Positions 19,330 to 30,660 of a DNA stretch of 64,000 bases are shown one piece after another. Position 1 is the first letter of the stretch. Each line of letters opens with the position of its first letter. The stretch is from an uncultured cyanobacterium (GTDB lineage Bacteria > Cyanobacteriota > Cyanobacteriia > Cyanobacteriales > CAWUOF01): contig CAVUSO010000001.1 in NCBI GenBank assembly GCA_963744145.1, positions 3,040,001 to 3,104,000 of the forward strand, given 5' to 3'. The notes beneath the pieces were generated by a model. The model was not told the DNA's origin, made no database searches, and saw only the letters and a program-made list of their open reading frames with translations. Both the position numbers and the translations under genes were made by a program.

Positions 19330-20721
19330 ATGCAAAAACATCGTTCTATGTTAGCTCTAATTCTAGTTTTAATGATTGGTGCATTGATCGCGATCAGTCG
19401 AGTACCAATCAAATTGGGGTTAGATCTCCGTGGGGGGTCACAACTAACCATCCAGGTGAAAACCTCTACAGAAGTCAAAACCATTGACGAACGGGTTTTA
19501 GAAGCAGTCAAACGAGTGATCGAAAACCGAATTAATGGACTGGGGGTATCAGAACCAGTAGTCCAAACTGTGGGAAATAACCAAATCCTAGTTCAGCTAC
19601 CAGGAGTAAGTGATCCAGAACAAGCGGAACGAGTCTTAGGTGGGACAGCTCAATTAGACTTTCGGGAACAAAAAATTGGTACAGAAGGACAATTACTAGC
19701 GGAATTGAAAGTAAGACAAGATTTACTCGACAAACAAATAGAATTAAAAAAAGCCGATGATAAAACCGCGATCGCTACAAATATTGCTGCAATTAATCGG
19801 AGCAATGAAGCAATTAATCCGTTATTTGAGCGAATTGGTTTAACTGGTAAAAACCTGATTGATGCTTATGCTAGTGCATCTCCGGGGGGTGCTTGGGAAG
19901 TAGCGATTCGGTTTGATCCGACCGGTGGAGACTTATTTGCGGAATTAACTAAAAAACTAGCTGGAACCGGAAGATCCATTGGGATTTTCCTAGACGATAA
20001 ACTAATTAGTTCCCCAACCGTTCAGGTGAGCTATGCTCAAACAGGTATTACTGGTGGGAGTGCAGTGATTAGTGGTAACTTTACCGTCCAAACTGCTAGC
20101 GATTTAGCTATTCAACTGCGAGGTGGAGCATTACCAGCACCAGTAGAAATAGTAGAAAATCGAACTGTAGGTGCAACTTTAGGTCAAGATAGTATCCGGA
20201 GTAGCATTTATGCAGGAGCAGGTGGATTAATTCTAGTCTTGCTGTTTATGATTGTTTACTATCGTCTTCCTGGTATTATTGCCGATGTGGCTCTGATTAT
20301 TTATGCTTTATTAACTTGGGCTAGTTTTGCGCTTCTAGGTGTCACCCTTACCTTACCAGGAATAGCAGGTTTTATCCTCAGTATTGGGATGGCAGTGGAT
20401 GCAAATGTGTTAATCTTTGAACGGACTAGAGAAGAATTGCGATCGGGTAAGACCTTATATCGTTCCATTGAATCAGGTTTTTATCGTGCTTTTTCAAGTA
20501 TTTTAGATGGCAATGTTACTACTTTAATTGCCTGTGGAGCATTATTTTTTCTCGGTTCAGGTTTGGTCAAAGGTTTTGCTCTGACTCTAGCATTAGGGGT
20601 AGGAATGAGTATGTTTACAGCAATTACCTGTAGCCGTACTTTCTTAATGTTAGCAATTTCCCTGCCAAAACTGCGCCGACCCGAATTATTTTGTCCTAAA
20701 TTAGAGCAGGTGCAGGAATGA
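19330..20721 (+). CDS. secD: Protein translocase subunit SecD
   Basis: [32 protein letters not shown]. Confidence 0.97.
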   Translation: MQKHRSMLALILVLMIGALIAISRVPIKLGLDLRGGSQLTIQVKTSTEVKTIDERVLEAVKRVIENRINGLGVSEPVVQTVGNNQILVQLPGVSDPEQAERVLGGTAQLDFREQKIGTEGQLLAELKVRQDLLDKQIELKKADDKTAIATNIAAINRSNEAINPLFERIGLTGKNLIDAYASASPGGAWEVAIRFDPTGGDLFAELTKKLAGTGRSIGIFLDDKLISSPTVQVSYAQTGITGGSAVISGNFTVQTASDLAIQLRGGALPAPVEIVENRTVGATLGQDSIRSSIYAGAGGLILVLLFMIVYYRLPGIIADVALIIYALLTWASFALLGVTLTLPGIAGFILSIGMAVDANVLIFERTREELRSGKTLYRSIESGFYRAFSSILDGNVTTLIACGALFFLGSGLVKGFALTLALGVGMSMFTAITCSRTFLMLAISLPKLRRPELFCPKLEQVQE

Positions 20722-21698
20722 AATTAAAGATAATTGAGCAGAGAGGAATATGGTGGGGTTTATCTGCGATTATTATTCTTAATGGGTTAATCGCAATGGC
20801 AATTTCTTGGACTAATCCTGATATTCGCGCTCCCTTACGTCCGAGTCTTGATTTTATTGGTGGAACAAAATTACAATTTGAATTAGATTGCACCAAACCA
20901 GGAAATTGTGATCAACCCATCAATCTGAAAATTGTCCGTGAAGTTGTCGATGGAGAAGAGTTAAATGGTAGTACCATCCAAATCGTAGATCAACATAGTC
21001 TCTCGATTCGCACTAAAAACTTAGATGTAGAAGAACGAACTAAACTCCAAAACGCATTGAGTGCAAAAATTGGCTCTTTTGATGCTGAGAAAATTCAAAT
21101 TGATAGCGTTGGTCCGATTTTAGGAAGACAGCTATTAAATTCTGGTTTATTAGCAGTATTATGTTCCTTTTTGGGGATTCTTATTTATCTCAGCTTTCGC
21201 TTTCAATTTGACTATGCTTTTTTTGCTTTTGTCGCTTTGTTTCACGATCTTTTAATCACCGTTGGCATTTTTGCTATTTTCGGTTTAGCATTAGGAGTCG
21301 AAGTTGATAGTTTATTCATCGTCGCGCTCTTAACTATTATCGGGTTTTCGGTTAATGATACCGTCGTCATCTATGACCGAATTCGAGAAGCGATCGCGTT
21401 ACATCCAGAGCAGGAAATTAATCAAATTGTGGATGATGCTGTCAATCAAACCCTCGGGAGATCAATTAATACTACTCTCACTGTATTATTAACTTTAGTC
21501 TCGATCTTTTTATTCGGGGGAGAAACTTTGAGATACTTTGCTTTAGCCTTAATTATTGGTTTTAGTGCTGGAGCTTATTCAAGTATATTCATTGCTAGCA
21601 CTCTCCTTGCTTGGTGGCGATCGCGATCGACTTCAACTAGTTTAGAGCAAACTAAAGCACCAGAATCTCTTGATTCTAGCAGCTCTGACCCAGTTTAG
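20718..21698 (+). CDS. secF: Protein translocase subunit SecF
   Basis: [36 protein letters not shown] overlap with secD. Confidence 0.97.
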   Translation: MKLKIIEQRGIWWGLSAIIILNGLIAMAISWTNPDIRAPLRPSLDFIGGTKLQFELDCTKPGNCDQPINLKIVREVVDGEELNGSTIQIVDQHSLSIRTKNLDVEERTKLQNALSAKIGSFDAEKIQIDSVGPILGRQLLNSGLLAVLCSFLGILIYLSFRFQFDYAFFAFVALFHDLLITVGIFAIFGLALGVEVDSLFIVALLTIIGFSVNDTVVIYDRIREAIALHPEQEINQIVDDAVNQTLGRSINTTLTVLLTLVSIFLFGGETLRYFALALIIGFSAGAYSSIFIASTLLAWWRSRSTSTSLEQTKAPESLDSSSSDPV

Positions 21699-21818
21699 TT
21701 CTTATTAATCTATTTATTGACAGGCAAGATGCCTGTCCCACCAGGAAAAATAATTTTTGTGGGACAGACATCTTGCCTGTCTTATTTATTTTTGCTTTCT
21801 TATCTACTAACCAAAAAA

Positions 21819-23636
21819 TTACAAATTGGCTTGCAATTGATCTAAAAGACCCTCAACATAATTCAAAGCATTAACTATGGTTTTTGGATCTTCAATATCA
21901 ACCCCAACATAACGACGCAAAGCTGCTACTTGATCCATCCCACCACCAGCAGCTAGTAATTCCAAATAACCAGGAATAAAATCCTTACCAGTTTGGAGAT
22001 ATTTTTGATAACAAGCTAAACTGACCACATTAGAAGCGGTATATTGATAGCAATAAAAAGGCTGAAAATAAATGTGACCAATTTTTGCCCAATCATATTG
22101 ATGTTCTGGCAATAATTCTACTACATCTCCACAGATTTGCTGATAAAGTTTCAGCCATTCTTCATTTACCCATTTGTGATCAAAACTCCCTTCATTAGCA
22201 CGGGTATGGATCGCTAATTCTAAACGACTAATTGTACTTTGACGAAACAAGAGATTGAATTGATCTTCAAGCTGACGAGTGATTAAAGATTGGGTAAGAG
22301 CAGTATCCCCGACAGCATCTTTCAGCAAATAGTCAAGCAATAGCAATTCATTAAAAGTTGAAGCGATCTCAGCTAATACTAAGGGGGGATTGCTATTAAA
22401 ATAGGATTGAGTTTGATCAATCCAAGTACAATGTAATCCGTGACCCATTTCGTGAGCTAGAGTAAACAGAGAGTTATAATCATTGGTATAAGAAAGAAAC
22501 AAATAACTATGTAACCCATGACTATAAGCACAAAATGCACCACTTCGTTTACCAGGACGTACTTTTGCATCTACCCAATTTTTGAGAAAAAATTCTTCAG
22601 CACGATGAGCATAATTTACATCAAATTCTTCTAAAGCACTAAGCAGAGTAGTGATACCAGTTTTATAGTCAATAGATGGAATTGATTTAGTGACTGTACC
22701 CCAAGGTGCATAAATATCACAGATCCGAATTTTCTGATTTAGGGTTTTACTTTTGAGCTGATAATAACGCTGGAATAAATCAAATCTACTCGCAGTCCCT
22801 TCCATAATTGTCTGAAAGACTGGTTCAGAAACCTGATCAGAAATCAGTTGTTTATGTAATGTTGAGGAATAACCACGTAGTTGATTTTCAATGCGATGAT
22901 CTTGAGCAATAGTATTGAGAATATAACCATAAAGCGAATTATGCTGTTTTAGCACTTGTCGGATCGCGATATAGGAATCATAGCGGACTTTAGCATCCTG
23001 ATGAAACATTAAAGCTGCTAATTCTGGTTCAGTATTAACAACTTTACCTTCAGGAGTAGTGACAGAGGGATACTCTTGTTCCCCTAGATGGATGGAACGT
23101 AATTGGATAAATGCTTGTCTACCAGTTAAATTATCTTGATTCCGAGTTTGCTCAACTTCTTCAGTTAGTTTGTGGGGACGAAAATCAGCGATTCGCTTTA
23201 AATAGTGGGTATAATTAGCTAGTGCGATCGCGGTTGGTAATTCGGAAAATTTACTCAGTTCAATTTCCTGTAATTCTAAATCAAAAAATAGTAATTGATT
23301 GTCGATCGCGGTGAGCAATTCCATAATTTTGTCTAGAAATTGCTTTGCTTCAGTGTTACGAGTATCTACAGCAAAATTCAGAGAGTGAAAAGAGTAAATA
23401 AAACCAGATTTTTGGTTAATTGCTTCTAATTTTTGCAAACATTCAGCAATTTCTGCTGGGGAGAGATGGACAATTTTCCCGCGATATTGTTGACGGAATT
23501 CTGCTGTACTTTGTTGTAATAACTCTAAATCTTTAGCTAATTGGGGGTCATTAAAACCTTGATACAGATCGGATAAGTCCCATGATTGGGGTTCATCTAA
23601 CTCAATTATGGGGGTAATGTCTGATAATTGAACCAA
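21819..23636 (-). CDS. M3-family oligoendopeptidase F
   Basis: WDLSDLY, GKRSGAF, TLAHEMGH, AEIASTFNE. Confidence 0.93.
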   Translation of the reverse strand: MVQLSDITPIIELDEPQSWDLSDLYQGFNDPQLAKDLELLQQSTAEFRQQYRGKIVHLSPAEIAECLQKLEAINQKSGFIYSFHSLNFAVDTRNTEAKQFLDKIMELLTAIDNQLLFFDLELQEIELSKFSELPTAIALANYTHYLKRIADFRPHKLTEEVEQTRNQDNLTGRQAFIQLRSIHLGEQEYPSVTTPEGKVVNTEPELAALMFHQDAKVRYDSYIAIRQVLKQHNSLYGYILNTIAQDHRIENQLRGYSSTLHKQLISDQVSEPVFQTIMEGTASRFDLFQRYYQLKSKTLNQKIRICDIYAPWGTVTKSIPSIDYKTGITTLLSALEEFDVNYAHRAEEFFLKNWVDAKVRPGKRSGAFCAYSHGLHSYLFLSYTNDYNSLFTLAHEMGHGLHCTWIDQTQSYFNSNPPLVLAEIASTFNELLLLDYLLKDAVGDTALTQSLITRQLEDQFNLLFRQSTISRLELAIHTRANEGSFDHKWVNEEWLKLYQQICGDVVELLPEHQYDWAKIGHIYFQPFYCYQYTASNVVSLACYQKYLQTGKDFIPGYLELLAAGGGMDQVAALRRYVGVDIEDPKTIVNALNYVEGLLDQLQANL

Positions 23637-23783
23637 AGTAAGACTCCTTTAGGTAATTAAACGAGGTTTGTTTGTTTATATTATTGCTGTTTTTGGTTAA
23701 TTTTGTCGATCAAGAACTGGACTAGCTCAGTTAAATTGTTGGTATAATTACAAATAGCAGCAAACCTACTATCAATATTAACA

Positions 23784-25667
23784 TTGGTTCTGTCTACCAT
23801 GTCATCTCCACCAAATTTACCGTTGGTAAAAGACACAGAGCGTTTAGAAAATCTTCTCCAAGAGATTCCCTCAGAACCGGGAGTTTATTTGATGAGGGAT
23901 GATTGCGATCGCATTCTCTATATTGGTAAGTCAAAAAAACTCCGCTCCCGGGTCCGCTCCTATTTCCGCGATCGCGAACATTTGAGTACCCGCATTAGCT
24001 TAATGGTACAACAGATCAGCCAAATTGAATTTATTGTTACCGATTCCGAAGCTGAAGCTCTAGCATTAGAAGCAAATCTTGTCAAGCAACATCAACCTTA
24101 TTTTAATGTTCTCTTGAAAGATGATAAAAAATATCCCTATCTCTGTATTACTTGGTCCGAAAAATACCCTAATATTTTTATTACTCGTAAACGACGTTTA
24201 GGAAATCCCCAAGATCGTTATTATGGTCCTTATGTCGATACTCATGCTTTACGAACTACCCTGGGATTAGTCAAGCAAATTTTCCCCCTCCGTCAACGAC
24301 CCCAACCCCTATTTAAAGATCGTCCTTGTCTGAATTATGATATTGGTAGATGTGCTGGAGTTTGTCAGGAATTAATCTCACCCGAAGAATACCGTCAAAC
24401 CATGCAAAAAGTCGCGATGATTTTTCAAGGGAGAAGTCAAGAACTATTTGATCTACTCATAGCACAAATGGAACAAGCAGCAGCAGAATTAAACTTTGAA
24501 TATGCAGCAAGTTTACGCGATCGCATTTTCGGATTAAAATCTCTAGGTGCTCAACAAAAAGTTTCCCTTCCCGATGATACCATTTCCCGCGATGCGATCG
24601 CTCTAGCAACAGATCAGCAACACGCTTGTATTCAACTCTTCCAAATTCGAGCTGGACAATTAGTAGGAAGACTAGGTTTTGTGAGTGGGGAAGGAGAACC
24701 AGGAGCAATTTTACAACGAGTATTAGAAGAACATTATCAAACCGTTGAACCAGTAGAAATCCCTGGAGAAATTTTAGTTCAGCATGAACTTCCAGAAGGA
24801 GAAATATTAGGGAATTGGTTAAGCGATCGCAAAGGTCGAAAAGTGACAATTTTTACACCTCAACGTCAAACCAAAGCTGACTTGATTGAAATGGTGGAAA
24901 AAAATGCTCAATATGAACTATTGAGGATGCAAAAACTGAGCGATCGCAACACCCAAGCTCTCCAAGATTTAGCAGAAATTCTCGATCTCCCAGACTTACC
25001 TCATCGGATCGAAGGTTATGATATTTCCCATATTCAAGGAGCTAATGCAGTTGCTTCACAAGTAGTCTTTATTGATGGTATACCTGGTAAACAACATTAC
25101 CGTCATTATAAAATCAAAAATCCGACAGTCACTAGCGGACATTCTGACGACTTTGCTAGTTTAGCAGAAGTAATTAATCGTCGTTTCCGCAAATATATTG
25201 AAGATCCAAATCAACCACGTCTGGGAAATTCAGATTGGCCCGATTTAATTATGATCGATGGAGGTAAGGGTCAATTATCCGCAGTAATTAAAGTTTTGCA
25301 AGACCTAAACTTATTAACAGATTTACGAGTAATTAGTTTAGCTAAACAACGGGAAGAAATTTTTCTCCCAGGAGCATCTTTACCCTTAGAAACCAACCCC
25401 GAACAACCAGGAGTCCAATTATTACGAAGACTCAGAGATGAAGCACATCGATTTGCAATTACTTTCCATCGACAACAACGAAGTGATCAATTAAAGCGAT
25501 CGCGATTAGACGAAATACCTGGATTAGGGTTCCATCGTCAAAAACTACTCCTAGCGCATTTCCATTCCCTTGATTATATTCGGATCGCGACTCCAGAAAA
25601 ATTAGCAGAAGTCGCGGGAATCGGTCCAAAGTTAGCTCAACAAATATATGATTATTTCCATCCCTGA
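23784..25667 (+). CDS. uvrC: Excinuclease ABC subunit C (start may be ATG 23799)
   Basis: GIY-YIG (PGVY..YIGKS), [24 protein letters not shown], HhH. Confidence 0.98.
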   Translation: MVLSTMSSPPNLPLVKDTERLENLLQEIPSEPGVYLMRDDCDRILYIGKSKKLRSRVRSYFRDREHLSTRISLMVQQISQIEFIVTDSEAEALALEANLVKQHQPYFNVLLKDDKKYPYLCITWSEKYPNIFITRKRRLGNPQDRYYGPYVDTHALRTTLGLVKQIFPLRQRPQPLFKDRPCLNYDIGRCAGVCQELISPEEYRQTMQKVAMIFQGRSQELFDLLIAQMEQAAAELNFEYAASLRDRIFGLKSLGAQQKVSLPDDTISRDAIALATDQQHACIQLFQIRAGQLVGRLGFVSGEGEPGAILQRVLEEHYQTVEPVEIPGEILVQHELPEGEILGNWLSDRKGRKVTIFTPQRQTKADLIEMVEKNAQYELLRMQKLSDRNTQALQDLAEILDLPDLPHRIEGYDISHIQGANAVASQVVFIDGIPGKQHYRHYKIKNPTVTSGHSDDFASLAEVINRRFRKYIEDPNQPRLGNSDWPDLIMIDGGKGQLSAVIKVLQDLNLLTDLRVISLAKQREEIFLPGASLPLETNPEQPGVQLLRRLRDEAHRFAITFHRQQRSDQLKRSRLDEIPGLGFHRQKLLLAHFHSLDYIRIATPEKLAEVAGIGPKLAQQIYDYFHP

Positions 25668-25753
25668 ACCGATATTACCCCAATAAATTAGCTCCCCAAA
25701 TCAGCAAAGAACATTTATTATATATTTAAGCATCTCCAATCATTTTTGCCAGT

Positions 25754-27154
25754 ATGAGCCACTGTATTAATCCTAATTGTAACAATCCTTTCAACCCCGA
25801 TCACCATAAATTTTGTCAGACTTGTGGTTCCTCACTGGTACTGAGAAACCGCTATCGAGCGATTAAACCTTTAGGGGACGGTGGTTTTGGGAAAACCTAT
25901 CAAGCAGAAGATCTCGACTGTTTAAATGCAGTTTGTGTGATCAAACAATTTTTACCATCAGCAGATATTCAAGCTAATCCCCAAATTTTACAAAAAGCTA
26001 CAGAATTATTTAACCAAGAAGCAGAAAGACTATTTCACCTAGGAGAACACTCCCAGATTCCCCGATTACTAGCTTATTTTGAACAAGACAAACGTTTGTA
26101 TTTAGTGCAAGAATTAATTGACGGACAAACCTTGCTCCAAGAATTACAAACAGAGGGAGTTTTTAGTGAAACCAAAATTCGGGAAATTTTACTAGATTTA
26201 TTACCAGTTCTGCAAGTAATCCATGGAGAAGGAGTAATTCACCGAGATATCAAACCAGATAACATTATGCGTCGTCGTAAAGATGGCAAATTAATCTTAA
26301 TTGATTTTGGCGTATCTAAACAAGTCACAGGTACAATTTTTAACCAACAAGGTACTTCTGTCGGTACACCTGGATATATACCTTTAGAACAATTACGTGG
26401 AACTGCTTATCCAGCTAGCGATTTATACAGTTTAGGTGTAACTTGTGTGATTTTGTTAACCGGATGTTTACCAAAGGGAGATGGTTCGAGTGACTTATAT
26501 AATCCGATCGAAGGTAGTTGGATCTGGAAAGAACGTTTACCAGCAGAAATAAATATTAATCCCATTTTAGAACAAATTTTAAACAAAATGCTGGCAGAAA
26601 GAGTTAAGGATCGCTATCAGTCAGCTTTAGAAGTATCGCAAGATTTGCAAGATAACTTAAGTTCAGCAGTAGGAGTAGATTATCGGAAATTAAGAGATTT
26701 ATTAGCAGTAGGAAACTGGAAAGAAGCTGATGCAGAAACTGTGCATTTGATGTTATTAGCAAGTGGCAGAAAAAAAGAAGGTTGGATTGATCAGAATAGC
26801 ATAAAAAACTTTCCTTGTCTAGATTTAGCGACAATTGATCGATTATGGTTAAAATATAGTAATGGGCATTTTGGATTTACAGTCCAAAAAAAGATTTGGC
26901 AAAGTTTAGGGGGAAATGCCAACTCAGATGTTAGTGTTTATAAAGAATTTTGCGATCGCATTGGTTGGCATGAAAAAGGAGAATTACTATATTATTCTAA
27001 TCTCACCTTTGATCTGAATGTTCCCCCAGGACATTTACCATCGGGAAGAGCTGGAGATATATCTTTATTAGTCAGATTAGTAGGTAAATTAGGTGGTTTT
27101 GGAGTGGAAAGGGTATCATTATTGGTATCACGGTTAGAAAGCTGCGGAATTTAG
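25754..27154 (+). CDS. Ser/Thr protein kinase with N-terminal zinc ribbon and C-terminal GUN4 domain
   Basis: CINPNC..CQTCG, GDGGFG, HRDIKPDN, DFG; GVDYRKLRDLL..WKEAD, FGFTVQKKIW, PPGHLP. Confidence 0.93.
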   Translation: MSHCINPNCNNPFNPDHHKFCQTCGSSLVLRNRYRAIKPLGDGGFGKTYQAEDLDCLNAVCVIKQFLPSADIQANPQILQKATELFNQEAERLFHLGEHSQIPRLLAYFEQDKRLYLVQELIDGQTLLQELQTEGVFSETKIREILLDLLPVLQVIHGEGVIHRDIKPDNIMRRRKDGKLILIDFGVSKQVTGTIFNQQGTSVGTPGYIPLEQLRGTAYPASDLYSLGVTCVILLTGCLPKGDGSSDLYNPIEGSWIWKERLPAEININPILEQILNKMLAERVKDRYQSALEVSQDLQDNLSSAVGVDYRKLRDLLAVGNWKEADAETVHLMLLASGRKKEGWIDQNSIKNFPCLDLATIDRLWLKYSNGHFGFTVQKKIWQSLGGNANSDVSVYKEFCDRIGWHEKGELLYYSNLTFDLNVPPGHLPSGRAGDISLLVRLVGKLGGFGVERVSLLVSRLESCGI

Positions 27155-27241
27155 TTAAAATCAACTGTAATCATTTCTCAGATTCTAGAAATGCCCTATT
27201 GTCAGAAGTAGTATTTTGGAATGAGGAGTAGTTAAACAGCA

Positions 27242-28120
27242 GTGTGGACTCATAAGGATACAACACCAAACAATCACGAAAATGACAATCAACCTGAGCG
27301 ATATCCGTTTGATGGTTGGTCTTTAGATGAGCGCAACCCAGACACTATTAACTCTTTATTGCCAATATGGGAATGGCTTTATAACTACTATTTTCGGGTA
27401 CAAACTGATGGGTGGGAAAATGTCCCAAAGACGAATAAAACCCTAGTTGTCGGTTCCCATAACGGTGGTTTAGTAGCCCCCGATATGTTTATGTTTATGT
27501 ATGATTGGTTTCGACGGTATGGGACGGAACGTTTAGCTTACGGATTAGCCCATCCCATGGTCTGGAAAGTTTTTCCTCAATTAGCTCCTTTTGCGGTTCA
27601 GTGTGGAGCAATTGTCGCTCATCCCCAAATGGCGATCGCCGCTTTACAGGAAAATGCTACTGTTCTAGTCTACCCAGGTGGTGCCCAAGATACCTTTCGA
27701 CCCCATTATTTACGAGAAAAAATTTATTTTGCAGGACGTAAGGGTTTCATTAAACTAGCACTCCGGGAAGAAGTACCCATTTTACCCATAATTTCTTGGG
27801 GTGCCCATGATAGTTTCGTCGTCTTAGGAGATTTTTATCCCCAATTACGACAATTACATCAAAAGGGGATGCCTTGGATTTTTAATCTTGATCCAGTAGT
27901 ATTTCCGATTTATTTAGGGTTACCCTGGCTCTTAAGTATTGGACCATTGCCCCATCTTCCCTTACCACTAACAATTCGCACGCGGGTTTGTGCCCCCATC
28001 ATCTTTAACCGTTATGGAAGGGACGCAGCGAGCGATCGCGACTATGTAGACAACTGTTATGAACGAGTCCAGACCTTAATGCAATTAGAATTAAACCGAT
28101 TAATTCAAGAAAGCCACTAA
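27242..28120 (+). CDS. Lysophospholipid/glycerol acyltransferase family protein
   Basis: VGSHNGG..PD, VYPGG, RKGFIKLAL. Confidence 0.88.
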   Translation: MWTHKDTTPNNHENDNQPERYPFDGWSLDERNPDTINSLLPIWEWLYNYYFRVQTDGWENVPKTNKTLVVGSHNGGLVAPDMFMFMYDWFRRYGTERLAYGLAHPMVWKVFPQLAPFAVQCGAIVAHPQMAIAALQENATVLVYPGGAQDTFRPHYLREKIYFAGRKGFIKLALREEVPILPIISWGAHDSFVVLGDFYPQLRQLHQKGMPWIFNLDPVVFPIYLGLPWLLSIGPLPHLPLPLTIRTRVCAPIIFNRYGRDAASDRDYVDNCYERVQTLMQLELNRLIQESH

Positions 28121-28135
28121 ATTGAGCAAAGGTTC

Positions 28136-28170
28136 GTAGTAAGCGCTAAGAGCGCTCTGTGCGCTTACTA
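28136..28170. terminator. GTAG-type palindrome between convergent genes (REP-like, possible bidirectional terminator)
   Basis: GTAGTAAGCGC...GCGCTTACTAC. Confidence 0.55.
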
Positions 28171-28209
28171 CAAACTTAACGGTTATTCCACTAGACCCAT
28201 AGACATGGT

Positions 28210-28941
28210 TCAATAAGCACCATTATTTTTGGGAAAAACAACTACTCCAATTGTTTTGATAATAATCAGCAAATCGATCCAGAAATTTCTGAAGTTAACA
28301 TAATAGAGATCCATCTGGATGCGACGGTCATAAGGTACATCATTGCGACCCGAAACCTGCCATAAACCCGTAATCCCAGGTCTAATGGTCAGAACTTTAT
28401 TAATATAGCGACCATATTTGGGTAATTCCTCCACAACTAAGGGTCTAGGGCCAACCACACTCATATCCCCTTTCAACACATTCCAAAATTGGGGAAACTC
28501 ATCGAGACTGGTAATTCGTAAAAATCGACCAATCCAGGTAATTCGTGGGTCTTGTTTCAGTTTGAAATTATCCTCAAATTCTTGTCGTAACTGAGGACAA
28601 TCCGCCATCATTTTCAGCAAAACTTCATCTGCATTAACTACCATCGTCCGGAATTTAATACAGCCAAAGGTCTGGCGATTTTTACCCACACGTTCCTGCA
28701 CATAAAAAATCGGCCCAGGTGAACTGAGGGCAATTAAAAGGGCCAATAACAGGTAAACTGGGGAAAATAAAATCAAAACTGATAGAGAAAACAGAACATC
28801 GAACAGCCGCTTGACAAAATCTGCGTTTAGACCTTGGAGCAGCAGACTTCTATTTGGGCTCCTAAGCACGAGGGGCTGAAAGCTACGCTTCACTAGAGCC
28901 CGCAACACCTTGCCGGAGAGGAGTTGGCTTTCGGCAGTCAT
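28210..28941 (-). CDS. hepC: Undecaprenyl-phosphate sugar transferase (HepC-like)
   Basis: KRLFD, KFRTM, SLDEFPQFWNVLKGDMSVVGPRP, PGITGLWQ. Confidence 0.88.
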   Translation of the reverse strand: MTAESQLLSGKVLRALVKRSFQPLVLRSPNRSLLLQGLNADFVKRLFDVLFSLSVLILFSPVYLLLALLIALSSPGPIFYVQERVGKNRQTFGCIKFRTMVVNADEVLLKMMADCPQLRQEFEDNFKLKQDPRITWIGRFLRITSLDEFPQFWNVLKGDMSVVGPRPLVVEELPKYGRYINKVLTIRPGITGLWQVSGRNDVPYDRRIQMDLYYVNFRNFWIDLLIIIKTIGVVVFPKNNGAY

Positions 28942-29051
28942 TTTATTCCTTCACTTCACACCACACACAGTCCCCATCATAAAGCTAGCGACGCCTACTC
29001 AGACGAATCTAGTCTTTAAGAAATAGACAATCTCTAAAAATCAAAGTCCAG

Positions 29052-30200
29052 TTAGCCCAAATTCCGCGATGGGAATTCTGCTAAACAGCGCTCTAGATAT
29101 TCCAGATAACGCTTGGCAAAGATTTTAGAGTCAAATAAAGCAGCTTGCGATCGCAAGATTTCTGGATTAAATCTGCCCAGATATCCTTCAAATATCTCTA
29201 CTGCTTCTATGACCATAGCTAAATTTTGCTCGGTAAACAATAAGCCAGTACCAGTATCAGGGTGTTGACGAATATCCCGCACAGTTTCTAGCGCTCCTCC
29301 TGCACCATAGGCAATTACCGGAGTCCCACAGGCTTGGGCTTCTACCAATGCCATGCCAAAATCTTCACAAGCCGCATAGACGAAAGCTTTCGCCTGGGCC
29401 ATGTATGTTTCGACGACAGCATCTGGCTGAAAGCCCAGAATTTTGACATTTGGTTTGGCCAATTGACGCAGTAATTTTAGCTCCGGTCCACAGCCAATCA
29501 CCACTAAAGATCGTCCTAGCTGATTAAAAGCCTTGACAATTAAAGATACCTGCTTATAACTTACCAGTCGGGAAACAGTCAAGTAAAAATCCTGTTTTTG
29601 TGGTTCTAGCACAAATCTTTCTATATTTACAGGTGGATAAATCACTTCTGCTTTCCGTCGATAACACCGCCAAATTCTTTTGGCAATGTGGTAAGAGTTG
29701 GCAATGAAATAATCTACTCGATCGGCTGATATGGCATCCCATTGACGGATTTGATGGAGCAGGTATCGAGTCAAGCAGCCTGGCAATCCTCTCCCGGCTA
29801 TACTACTGTGGAGATAATCAAAGGTCAAATCCCAGGCGTAGCGCATCGGTGTATGGCAGTAACATATATGGAGCTGTCCTGGTGAGGTTAACACTCCTTT
29901 CGCTACAGCATGGGAAGAAGAAAGAATTACGTCATATGCACGTAAATCTAGCTGTTCGATCGCAATTGGTAAGAAGGGCAAATATTTTTGGACACCTTGT
30001 TTAGCCCAGGGAAATCCTTGCAGAAATGTCTTACCAATCGAACGTCCAAACAAATAACTATCGGGATTGGTAGATTCAAAGTCAATCAGAGCATAGAGAT
30101 CAGCGTCTATATGCTTTAATATTTCCCGGACAACCAGTTCTGAACCACCAGTTGCTTTGGGTGTTAACCAATCATGGACAAGAGCATATTTTAATTGCAC
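29052..30200 (-). CDS. Glycosyltransferase family 4
   Basis: ALVHDWL..GGSE, YCHTPMRYAWD, EDFGMALVEAQACG. Confidence 0.92.
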   Translation of the reverse strand: MQLKYALVHDWLTPKATGGSELVVREILKHIDADLYALIDFESTNPDSYLFGRSIGKTFLQGFPWAKQGVQKYLPFLPIAIEQLDLRAYDVILSSSHAVAKGVLTSPGQLHICYCHTPMRYAWDLTFDYLHSSIAGRGLPGCLTRYLLHQIRQWDAISADRVDYFIANSYHIAKRIWRCYRRKAEVIYPPVNIERFVLEPQKQDFYLTVSRLVSYKQVSLIVKAFNQLGRSLVVIGCGPELKLLRQLAKPNVKILGFQPDAVVETYMAQAKAFVYAACEDFGMALVEAQACGTPVIAYGAGGALETVRDIRQHPDTGTGLLFTEQNLAMVIEAVEIFEGYLGRFNPEILRSQAALFDSKIFAKRYLEYLERCLAEFPSRNLG

Positions 30201-30660
30201 GAACCTGTTTGTTAACTGTAGGAGGTTGCTTAACTAGGTTTGAGTTTGGTCGAGCCAATTACTACTAAAAATAACAGAAATTGGACGGTGACAATAATCG
30301 GTCCCGAGGCAAAATTAAATTCCCCAGATACTAAGATCCCGATCATACTGCTTAGTCCACCCAAAAGTACAGATCTGGGCTATGGAAAGACTTCGGGTCA
30401 TTAGGAGCTTGGTGTGAGCTCTCAAACAACTAGATTTTCTTGAAAAAATATAAATTTTTCGGATTGAGTTCTAATGTTGTATACTTAAATGCCGATCAGG
30501 AAATTTGTGGAAAACAGCAACAAAAAGCTGATTTAGGGAATAAAATTGTTGTTTATATTGCTAAGTTTTTTCCTATAGATGATACTAAACTAACGAAAAT
30601 AACCAATAACAGTTATTTCACTTTTTGCATAACCCTTTTATTCATGATCAAACCTTAAAA

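Noticed and set aside
28210..28941. Evidence of heterocyst formation from hepC
   Set aside because: HepC-like sugar transferases also occur in non-heterocystous cyanobacteria
30200..30660. Cobalamin riboswitch upstream of the B12 radical SAM gene (also checked upstream of cbiD)
   Set aside because: No recognisable B12-box elements by eye; an Rfam/Infernal scan would be needed
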